A DNA stretch of 64,000 nt from Candidatus Latescibacterota bacterium (GTDB taxonomy: Bacteria; Krumholzibacteriota; Krumholzibacteriia; WVZY01; JAKEHA01): assembly GCA_963707635.1 (NCBI GenBank), contig OY970173.1, positions 2,016,001 to 2,080,000 of the forward strand. Direction: 5' to 3'. Numbering within the stretch: the first letter of the stretch is position 1; each line of letters starts with the position of its first letter. Below the pieces are notes generated by a model, which saw only the letters and a program-made list of their open reading frames with translations, did not search any database and had not been told where the DNA came from. A program made the position numbers and the translations under genes. This document shows, piece after piece, positions 40,922 to 48,816 of the stretch.

Positions 40922-41953
40922 CTACTGCGGGGTCGTGTCGGCCTGGACCTCGTTCTGAATCGTGTAGTACAGGAGCACCATCGTGCCCAGCGCGGTGATG
41001 AAGCCCACGATCAGGCTCGCCTCCTGGGAGGTGAACCCCTTCTTGCCGATGTTCACCGTGTCGCCGGCGAGGATCTTGGGATTCTGCGACTGGTCGCCAT
41101 TCTCGATGAACTTCTTGAGGTCGAGCTTCGTGGTCTGGGCGGTGCCGTCCTTCTCCGGCCGGATGAGGCGGATATCGCCCAGGTTGCCCCGCTCGCTGGG
41201 CCCGCCGGCCGCCAGCAGCGCGCTCATCAGGTCCTGGCGCGACTGGAGGCGGTACACCCCGGGCTTGAGCACGGCGCCCAGCACGTTGACCCCCATCGCG
41301 CCCGTATAGGCTTCCTCCTGGCCGGGGACCAGCACCGTGTCACCCGGTTTGAGGATCGGTAGCGTCTCGACGGAGCCCTTTTCGAGCGCGGCCTGGACGT
41401 CGACCACGAAGGTGGCCCCGCCGCGGGTGCGGTCCTGGATGACGCGGACACCGCTCATGGTGGCGGTGGGCATGGGGCCGCCCGCCTCGCGGATCGCCTC
41501 CCAGACATTGACCGCTTCGGCGAAGCTGTACTTGCCCGGGAGCTTGACGTCGCCGGTGACGAAGATCACGTTGCTGGACGCACGCGTGACGGAGACCTCG
41601 ATCCGGCTCACGCTCGGGTAGTACTCGCGCAGCGCCTGCAGCAGCCGCGACTGGATCTCGCTCGCGGTCAGTCCGCGCACGGCCACGGGCCCCACCAGCG
41701 GCAAGGTGATTTCGCCCTTCGCGTCGATCACCAGCTCACGGTTCAGGTCGGGCCGCTGCGGCACCGCCAGGAACAGCCGGTCACCCGGTCCGACCCGGTA
41801 GTCGGCGGGCATGCCCTGCGTCGACGTCTGCGGCGCCTGCGTCTGCGCGCGCGGCGCGGTGACGCCGAGCGCGGCGGCTGTGTAGCTGAACGCGACCCAC
41901 GCCACGAGGGCGCGGCCCGCGGGCGTCTTCAGAAGCAGCATGACCCGGTTCAC
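40922..41953 (-). CDS. Polysaccharide export protein (Wza-like; Poly_export + SLBB domains)
   Basis: DYRVGPGD, GEITLPLVG..VRGLT, VTGDVKLPG, LGAVLKPG; GTG start after AAGGAGG. Confidence 0.88.
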   Translation of the reverse strand: MNRVMLLLKTPAGRALVAWVAFSYTAAALGVTAPRAQTQAPQTSTQGMPADYRVGPGDRLFLAVPQRPDLNRELVIDAKGEITLPLVGPVAVRGLTASEIQSRLLQALREYYPSVSRIEVSVTRASSNVIFVTGDVKLPGKYSFAEAVNVWEAIREAGGPMPTATMSGVRVIQDRTRGGATFVVDVQAALEKGSVETLPILKPGDTVLVPGQEEAYTGAMGVNVLGAVLKPGVYRLQSRQDLMSALLAAGGPSERGNLGDIRLIRPEKDGTAQTTKLDLKKFIENGDQSQNPKILAGDTVNIGKKGFTSQEASLIVGFITALGTMVLLYYTIQNEVQADTTPQ

Positions 41954-41964
41954 CTCGGCCTCCT

Positions 41965-42915
41965 TCAGCGCAGCGCGCTCGAGCCTGCCTGCTGGTACCA
42001 CTGCACGGTGCGCTCGATGCCTTCCTCGAACGGCACCTCGATTTCGTAGCCCAGCTCCCGCCGGATGCGGTCGATCGACGCCATCGAGTGCTTCACGTCG
42101 CCGGGCCGCGGCGGGCCGTATACCGGTTCGAGCTGCGACCCCACGCGCGCACGCAGCGCCCGGTAGAGCTGGTTGAGGGTGTAGCGCCCGCCGCACGCGA
42201 TGTTGTACACACGCGGCCCCGTCAGGTTCGCCTCGCACGCCTGCAGGTTGGCGTTCACCACATTGCTGATATAGGTGAAGTCGCGCGACTGCTCCCCGTC
42301 GCCGTGGATGGTCGGGGGGTGGCCTTCGAGCAGCGCCTTGACGAACAGCGGGATCACGGCGCTGTACTGCGAGTTCGGGTCCTGGCGCGGCCCGAACACG
42401 TTGAAATAGCGGAGCGACACCGTGGTCATGCCGTGGAGCTCCCCGAAGACCCGGCAGTAGTGCTCCGCTGCGAGCTTCGCCACCGCGTACGGGGACTTGG
42501 GATTCGGCGTCATGCTCTCCACCTTGGGCAGTTCCTCGCTGTCCCCGTACACCGACGACGACGACGCGTAGACGACCCGCTTGACTCCGTGCTGCTGCGC
42601 CGCCACCAGCACGTTGAGCGTGCCCTGGACATTGACCTGGTTGTTCGCCGACGGGTCCGTGATGGAGCGGGGCACGGACGCAAGCGCCGCCTGGTGCAGC
42701 ACGAAGTCGACGCCCCGCACCGCGCGGTCGACGATCTCCGCGTCGCGCACGTCGCCGCGCACGAGCTCGATGCGTTCCAGCGCGTGCTGAAGATTCTCCT
42801 CGCGGCCGGTGGCGAAGTTGTCGAGCACGCGCACCGCGTGGCCGCGACGGAGCAGTTCGTCGACGAGGTTGGAGCCGATGAACCCCGCGCCGCCGGTCAC
42901 CAGATACTTGGCCAT
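41965..42915 (-). CDS. UDP-HexNAc(A) 4-epimerase (WbpP/TviC-like SDR)
   Basis: TGGAGFIGS, HQAALASVPRS, SPYAVAK, RYFNVFGPRQDP. Confidence 0.9.
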   Translation of the reverse strand: MAKYLVTGGAGFIGSNLVDELLRRGHAVRVLDNFATGREENLQHALERIELVRGDVRDAEIVDRAVRGVDFVLHQAALASVPRSITDPSANNQVNVQGTLNVLVAAQQHGVKRVVYASSSSVYGDSEELPKVESMTPNPKSPYAVAKLAAEHYCRVFGELHGMTTVSLRYFNVFGPRQDPNSQYSAVIPLFVKALLEGHPPTIHGDGEQSRDFTYISNVVNANLQACEANLTGPRVYNIACGGRYTLNQLYRALRARVGSQLEPVYGPPRPGDVKHSMASIDRIRRELGYEIEVPFEEGIERTVQWYQQAGSSALR

Positions 42916-42958
42916 TCCCATCCTCTTCCTCGTGGCGCCGCCCGTGGACCCGCCAGAG

Positions 42959-44260
42959 TTACAGGCGGACGATCTTGTCGGACTGGACACCGTTGTAGAT
43001 GTTACGAGTATCGACCACCACCGGCACGTGCGCGAGCAGTGCCTGATAGTCGACGCCCTCGTGGCCGGTGATCACCACCGCGCAGTCGAACGACGACATG
43101 GTCTTGGGCGTGAGCTCGACGGCCGGAACCTCCGCGTGCACGACCTCGGGGTCGTGCGGATCGGCGAAGCGGTCGTGGTAGGCGACCTCGGCGCCGTGCT
43201 TCTTCAACAGGCGCATCACGTCCAGCGACGGCGACTCGCGCACGTCGTCGATATTCGCCTTGTAGGAGACGCCGACCACCAGCACCCGCGAACCGTTGAG
43301 CGCCTTGCGCTGCCGGTTCAACGCTTCCGTCACCCGGTTCACCACGTACTCGGGCATCGAACCGTTGATCTGCCCCGCCAGCTCGATGAAGCGCGCCTCG
43401 AAACCGGCCAGCTTCGCCTTCCACGACAGATAGAACGGGTCGATGGGGATGCAGTGCCCGCCGAGTCCCGGGCCCGGGTAGAACGGCATGAAGCCGAACG
43501 GCTTGGTGGCCGCGGCGCGAATCACTTCCCACACGTCGATGTCCATCTTGTTGCACATCAGCGCGATCTCGTTGACCAACCCGATGTTGACGCTGCGAAA
43601 CGTGTTCTCGAGCAGTTTCACCGTCTCGGCGACTTTCGCCGAGCTGACCGGCACCACCGTCGAAAGCGCGGAGGCGTACAGCGCGGACGCGACTTCGGTG
43701 CACCGCGGGGTAACCCCGCCCACCACCTTGGGAATGTTCTTGGTGTTGAAGCGCGGATTACCCGGGTCGACGCGTTCGGGCGAGAAGGCCAGGAAGAAGT
43801 GCTCCCCCACCCGGAAGTCGTCCTCCGCGAGCATGGGGAGGATCACTTCCTCGGTCGTGCCCGGGTACGTGGTCGATTCCAGCACCACCAGCAGGTCCCG
43901 GTGCTTGTACTTCCGTATCTCCTCGACGGAGGCGACGATGTAGGAAATATCCGGGTCGCGGGTCTTCCGCAGCGGCGTGGGGACGCAGATGTTGACGGTA
44001 TCGCACTGCTTGATCACGGAGAAATCGGTGGTGGCGGACAGGCGGCCCGCCGTCACCACTTCCTTGAGCAGCGCCGACGGAACGTCCTTGATGTAGCTGT
44101 CGCCCTCGTTCACGCGCCGGACTTTCTCCTCTACCACGTCGATGCCGACGGCGGTGAATCCGGCGCGCGCGAGTTCGACCGCGAGCGGCAGGCCGACGTA
44201 GCCGAGGCCGATCACGGCAACGCGCGCGTCGCGCGAGCGAATTCGATCGATCACAGACAT
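42959..44260 (-). CDS. UDP-N-acetylhexosamine dehydrogenase (WbpA/WecC family)
   Basis: GLGYVGLP, ESTTYPG, FSPERVDPG, GLGGHCIPIDP, DVRESP. Confidence 0.92.
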   Translation of the reverse strand: MSVIDRIRSRDARVAVIGLGYVGLPLAVELARAGFTAVGIDVVEEKVRRVNEGDSYIKDVPSALLKEVVTAGRLSATTDFSVIKQCDTVNICVPTPLRKTRDPDISYIVASVEEIRKYKHRDLLVVLESTTYPGTTEEVILPMLAEDDFRVGEHFFLAFSPERVDPGNPRFNTKNIPKVVGGVTPRCTEVASALYASALSTVVPVSSAKVAETVKLLENTFRSVNIGLVNEIALMCNKMDIDVWEVIRAAATKPFGFMPFYPGPGLGGHCIPIDPFYLSWKAKLAGFEARFIELAGQINGSMPEYVVNRVTEALNRQRKALNGSRVLVVGVSYKANIDDVRESPSLDVMRLLKKHGAEVAYHDRFADPHDPEVVHAEVPAVELTPKTMSSFDCAVVITGHEGVDYQALLAHVPVVVDTRNIYNGVQSDKIVRL

Positions 44261-44346
44261 GCAGGGATTCCTTTCACGACCCGGAGGAGCCTAAACGGAC
44301 CGCCGCGCGCGGACAAGGTCTCATTTGGAGCGGAGCCCAACCCCCG

Positions 44347-45384
44347 TCAGGCCATCTCCTCGATCAGGCTCTCGGTGGTCACGACGCTGTTCTTGCCGCC
44401 GCGCTTGGCCTGATACAGGGCCTTGTCGGCGGCGTCGATGATCTCTTTCGCGGTCTGGCCGTCGCGCGGAAACGAGGATATCCCGGCGCTGCATGTGATC
44501 AGGCCGGCGTGCTGGCCGTCGAACTTGTGGGCCTGCACGCCTTCCACCACGCGCTGGGTCACCTTCTCCGCGCCGGCCAGGCGGGTCTGCGGCAACAGGA
44601 CGCCGAACTCGTCGCCGCCATACTTGCTCACGAAGTCGATTTCGCGGGAGCTGGCGCGGATGATGGCGGCGATGTCCTTGAGCACCTGGCTGCCGCTCAA
44701 GTGGCCATGGCGGTCGTTGTAGGCCTTGAGGTTGTCGACGTCCAGCATCACGAACGAGAACGACTGGCGAAAACGCCGCGCGCGCTTGATCTCGCCCTCG
44801 AGCGACGACATCAGGAAACGATAGTTGTAGACCCCGGTCAACCCGTCGGTGACGGCCTCCATCTCGAGTTTCTGGTACAGCGTGGCGTTCTCCACCGCGA
44901 TCGCCGCCTGGTTCGCCAGCAAGGTGAGCAGCTGCACGTCGTCGGTGGAGTACATGGCGCCGTCGCGGTGGATGGCGATCAACAGGCCGAACATGGACTT
45001 CTTGGCGACGAGCGGGGCGCTGATGATCACGCGGTTGGTGCCTTCGTCGCCGAGCGAGCGTGCGAGCATGGGGACGTCCACCCCGAGCTCGCGGCCACGC
45101 TGCATCGGATCCGCGTCGGTTTCCTTGATCATCCACCCCACCAGACCCGCGCTCTCGTCGACGGTTTCGACCTTGGGCTCGGGTCCGGAGCGGTCGCGGG
45201 TGTAGCGCACGATGTGGCCATCCTCGACCTCGAGCAGATGGATCTTGTCCGCGTCGAGGACGCGAATTGCGCAGTCGAGCACCTTGCGGAAGATCAGGTG
45301 CCGGTCATGGCCGGCGACGATCAGGCTCGTAATCTCGGAGAGGGTCGAGAACAGGACGTCACGATTTCTTATAATCTTCTTCAT
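44347..45384 (-). CDS. GAF-GGDEF diguanylate cyclase
   Basis: GAF domain, TDGLTGVYN, intact GGDEF, and an RxxD I-site (REID) five residues upstream. Confidence 0.92.
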   Translation of the reverse strand: MKKIIRNRDVLFSTLSEITSLIVAGHDRHLIFRKVLDCAIRVLDADKIHLLEVEDGHIVRYTRDRSGPEPKVETVDESAGLVGWMIKETDADPMQRGRELGVDVPMLARSLGDEGTNRVIISAPLVAKKSMFGLLIAIHRDGAMYSTDDVQLLTLLANQAAIAVENATLYQKLEMEAVTDGLTGVYNYRFLMSSLEGEIKRARRFRQSFSFVMLDVDNLKAYNDRHGHLSGSQVLKDIAAIIRASSREIDFVSKYGGDEFGVLLPQTRLAGAEKVTQRVVEGVQAHKFDGQHAGLITCSAGISSFPRDGQTAKEIIDAADKALYQAKRGGKNSVVTTESLIEEMA

Positions 45385-45456
45385 GCCAACGTCTTACGAT
45401 TTAGTAGTGACAAGATACATTGGTGGCGGCACCCGGACAACCGTTCTGTTCGAGGC

Positions 45457-45472
45457 AGCAAGTCGCATGCCA
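45457..45472 (-). promoter_or_regulatory. Sigma-54 promoter (-24/-12)
   Basis: Minus strand TGGCATGCGACTTGCT, ~70 nt upstream of the GGDEF gene at the head of the locus. Confidence 0.75.
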
Positions 45473-45524
45473 CCCGCTCTGCTTAACTTGAAGTAAACGC
45501 GCTCGTTAGGTGAGGGTGGGCGGT

Positions 45525-45857
45525 TCACGCCTGCGGGTCGTCCGCCCGGGGGTCGGCGTCGGGCGGCGCGTGCGACTCCTGGCGGGCGGCGCGAACGCTG
45601 CCGATCCCCAGGCGCAGCGCCGCCGCCGCGGCCGCCAGGAACATCACCGGAAGCGCGAGACGAAGCGACGGCGAAACATTCGGGGCGTAGACGCGGAGCA
45701 GGTTAAAGGTCTCTCCGGCGGCGACGGCCAGGGCGACGGCCAGGGCGATCCTCACCACGGCGGTGGCGTAGTGGGCGATCACACGCTCCCGCCGGAGCGC
45801 CGGCGAGCGGTAGTCGGGTTCGCGGGAGCCGCGGCGGCGTCGGGGCTGGATGAACAC
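45525..45857 (-). CDS. Small hypothetical membrane protein
   Basis: Two hydrophobic segments; starts 2 nt after the upstream stop. Confidence 0.5.
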   Translation of the reverse strand: MFIQPRRRRGSREPDYRSPALRRERVIAHYATAVVRIALAVALAVAAGETFNLLRVYAPNVSPSLRLALPVMFLAAAAAALRLGIGSVRAARQESHAPPDADPRADDPQA

Positions 45858-45859
45858 GG

Positions 45860-46066
45860 CTAGCGACCGTTGCCCGGGAGGTCTTCGTACTCGGCGTCCT
45901 CGATCGCGTAGGGGGAGAGGGGGTCCTCCGCGCGCGAATTCGCCCTATCGAGCGGCTCCCGTGGGGGAAATGGCGGGGGTGGAGCGGGGTCGGGCCTCGG
46001 GCTCGCACCGGCCAGACGGCGCGCCGCCCACACCGCGAAGACGATTCCCAAAAGCCAGCGAAGCAC
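45860..46066 (-). CDS. Small single-TM protein with an acidic IEDAEYEDL tail
   Basis: N-terminal TM, Pro-rich linker and a DAEYE-type C-terminal motif. Confidence 0.55.
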   Translation of the reverse strand: MLRWLLGIVFAVWAARRLAGASPRPDPAPPPPFPPREPLDRANSRAEDPLSPYAIEDAEYEDLPGNGR

Positions 46067-46086
46067 GTTGTGTTCCCGGAAAATGA

Positions 46087-46163
46087 TGGTACGCCCGGCA
46101 GGATTCGAACCTGCGACCCCTAGCTCCGGAGGCTAGTGCTCTATCCAGCTGAGCTACGGGCGC
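46087..46163 (-). tRNA. tRNA-Arg (CCG)
   Basis: GCGCCCGTAGCTCAGCTGGATAGAGCA-CTAGC-CTCCGGA-GCTAG-GGGTCGCAGGTTCGAATCCTGCCGGGCGTACCA; full cloverleaf with encoded CCA. Confidence 0.97.
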
Positions 46164-47881
46164 ACCCGGGTCCCTGATTGACTGGACCTCTGTCCGCCCA
46201 GCATCTCGGAGGCAAGCGCGAGACGGCGCTCGCTTCCCTCTTCGCCGCCGAGCATCCGGGCGATCTCGCGCGTCCGCTCGACGTCGGTGACGGAGCGCAC
46301 GCGCACTCGCGTTCGGTTGCCGTCGGTTTCCTTGAGTACGACGAGGTGGGTCGCGCCGCGCGCGGCGATTTGCGGCATGTGCGTGATACAGACTATTTGA
46401 TGCCGCGAAGCCAGCGCAAGCAGATTCTCGGCGAGCGCGTCGCCGAGGTCCGCGCCGACGCCGGCGTCGATCTCGTCGAGGATGAGCGTGGTGCCGGCCG
46501 GACCGACGCCCGCCGACAACTGCTTGAGGGCGAGTGCCACCCGCGAGAGTTCCCCGGTCGAGGCAATGGTCTCGAGCGCTCCCTCGGACTCCCCCGGGTT
46601 GGTGCGGATGCGCAGGCGAACGAGGTCGATGCCGTTCTCGAACACCGCCACCGGCTGGCCGCCGACGCGGACGTCGCTCGCCGAATCGGGCGCGCGCGCC
46701 ACGTCGACGCGGAGCACGGTTCCGCGCATGCCCAGCTCCTGGAGCGTCGCGCTCACGCGCTCGCCCAGCGTCACGCTCGCGCGACCCCGCGCGTCGGACA
46801 GAGCCGCCCCGTGCTCGGCGACCGCGGTCGCGTGCGCGGCCACGATTTGCTCCCGCTCGCGCCGCGCCGCGCTCGCGTCCTCGAGCCCGTCGAGCGCGCG
46901 CCGCCACGCGTCCTGGTCCGCGACGATGGCATCGATGGTCGACTGGTAGCGTCGTTCCAGCCGCGCGAGGATATCGAGGCGCTCCTGCACCCGCTCCACA
47001 TCGGCGGGCTCGAACTCGAGCGCCTCGAGCATCGACCGCGCTTCGAGCGCCGCCCCGGCCACCAGCGCCGCCGCCTGCGCCACCGCCTCGTCGATCTTCT
47101 CCACCCGCGGATCGAGACGCGCGATCGCCGCCAGGCGCGTGCGGGCGCGGTCGATGAGCGCGGCGGCGGACGCGTCATCGTCGTAGAGCACCGCGCACGC
47201 GTCCGTGAGCGCGGCGTGGAACTTCTCCGCGTTCGCCATCAGTCGCGCGCTCGCCTCCAACTCGTCTTTCTCGCCGCGCCGCGGCGCGATGCGATCGATT
47301 TCCTCGAGACGGTGGAGATAGAGCTCGCGCTTCTCGCGCACCCGGGCCAGCTCCGCGTCGAAGCGGTCCAGTTCGGCGCGCGCGGCGCGCAGGCCGGCGA
47401 GCGCACCGGCGTACGCGTGACGAAGCGGCGCGTGGGCGGCGAAGGCGTCGAGGTACTCGACGTGGCTCTCGGGGTCGCGCAGACGCATCTGCTCGTTCTG
47501 TCCGTGCGGCTCGAGCAGCGATGCACACACGGTGCGCAGGTCCTTCACGGTCACCGCGCGGCCGTCGATGGCGGCGTGGGAGCGCCCGGCGCGCGATATG
47601 CGGCGGGCGAGGGTGACGGAGTCGCCGGTGGCGGCGAGCCCCGGCCACCCGTCCCGGCGCTCACGCGCGACACCGGTGAAGGTCGCTTCGACGAGCGCGT
47701 CGTCGGCTCCCCGGCGGATCAGGTCGGGGGCGGCTCGCTCGCCCATGAGGAGATTGACGGCGCCCAGGATCAGGGATTTCCCCGCGCCGGTCGACCCGGT
47801 GAGCACGTTCAAGCCGGGTGCGAAGTCGAGTACCACGCTCTCGACCACCGCGAGATTGTCGATGCGCAGGCGCGCCAGCAT
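46154..47881 (-). CDS. recN: DNA repair protein RecN
   Basis: LTGSTGAGKS, HGQNE, IASTGELSRV.LA, LDEIDAGVG, ITHMPQIAA, EIARMLGG. Confidence 0.95.
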   Translation of the reverse strand: MLARLRIDNLAVVESVVLDFAPGLNVLTGSTGAGKSLILGAVNLLMGERAAPDLIRRGADDALVEATFTGVARERRDGWPGLAATGDSVTLARRISRAGRSHAAIDGRAVTVKDLRTVCASLLEPHGQNEQMRLRDPESHVEYLDAFAAHAPLRHAYAGALAGLRAARAELDRFDAELARVREKRELYLHRLEEIDRIAPRRGEKDELEASARLMANAEKFHAALTDACAVLYDDDASAAALIDRARTRLAAIARLDPRVEKIDEAVAQAAALVAGAALEARSMLEALEFEPADVERVQERLDILARLERRYQSTIDAIVADQDAWRRALDGLEDASAARREREQIVAAHATAVAEHGAALSDARGRASVTLGERVSATLQELGMRGTVLRVDVARAPDSASDVRVGGQPVAVFENGIDLVRLRIRTNPGESEGALETIASTGELSRVALALKQLSAGVGPAGTTLILDEIDAGVGADLGDALAENLLALASRHQIVCITHMPQIAARGATHLVVLKETDGNRTRVRVRSVTDVERTREIARMLGGEEGSERRLALASEMLGGQRSSQSGTRVRP

Positions 47882-47939
47882 GCGCGCATTGTAGTGCGTC
47901 CGCAGGGGCGGCGGTAGCTGGAACTTGGCGCGGGCCGCG

Positions 47940-48803
47940 CTAGAGCTTCTCGCGCAGGAGGGCGAAGAAGTCGTAGTCGCCGGCGACGATCAGGCGCGTG
48001 GCGCGCGGATCCTTGACGACTTCGACGTGCTGGCCGGGCGGGATTTCCATCCCCTCCTGTCCGTCGACCGTGAGCATCACGCCCGACGGCGCGGCAATCA
48101 CCCGCACGGCGACGGTCTCGGCCTCGTCGAGGACCATCGGCCGCATGCTCATCGTGTGCGGGTTGAGCGGGGTCAGGATGATGCCCGCGAGGGTGGGCTC
48201 CACGATGGGTCCGCCGGCGGAGAGCGAGTACGCGGTCGAGCCGGTCGGCGTGGCGACGATCAGCCCATCGGCCGAGAACTCGCGCAGCAGTTTTCCTCCG
48301 ATCTCGACGCGCAGCCCGACCATGCGCGAATACCCGGTGCTGTGGATGACGAGGTCGTTGAGCGCGCTGAAGGAACGCGTCGGCCCCGCCCCGCCCCGCA
48401 CCACGCCCCGCACCCGCATGCGCACCTGCACGTCGAAATCACCCTGGCTCAAGAGCGCCACGACGCGCGCCGGGTCGGACTCGGCCAAGAACCCGAGGCG
48501 GCCCCCCTTGACGCCGACGATGGCAATGTCGCGGTCGGCGTAGCGCCGCGCGTACTTGAGGATGGTGCCGTCGCCGCCGATCGCTACGATGGCGTCGCAG
48601 CGCTCGGGGATGCCGAGACGGGCCGGCGGCAACGCGGACGCCTCGTCCGCGAGGTCGTCGTCGAGGTAGACGTCGAGTCCGCGGGCGGCAAGGGCGGCGA
48701 CCAGGTCGTGGAGGATCGCGCGCACCGGTTCCTTGGCGAGGTTGGCGGCGACGCCGACGCGCGTCACCCTGCGCGAGGTCATCGTCGGGGCGTCCGGCTT
48801 CAC
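47940..48803 (-). CDS. nadK: NAD kinase
   Basis: GGDGT, GRLGFL, ADGLIVATPTGSTAYSLSAGG, DGQ. Confidence 0.95.
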   Translation of the reverse strand: MKPDAPTMTSRRVTRVGVAANLAKEPVRAILHDLVAALAARGLDVYLDDDLADEASALPPARLGIPERCDAIVAIGGDGTILKYARRYADRDIAIVGVKGGRLGFLAESDPARVVALLSQGDFDVQVRMRVRGVVRGGAGPTRSFSALNDLVIHSTGYSRMVGLRVEIGGKLLREFSADGLIVATPTGSTAYSLSAGGPIVEPTLAGIILTPLNPHTMSMRPMVLDEAETVAVRVIAAPSGVMLTVDGQEGMEIPPGQHVEVVKDPRATRLIVAGDYDFFALLREKL

Positions 48804-48816
48804 GTGCTGCCCCGCG

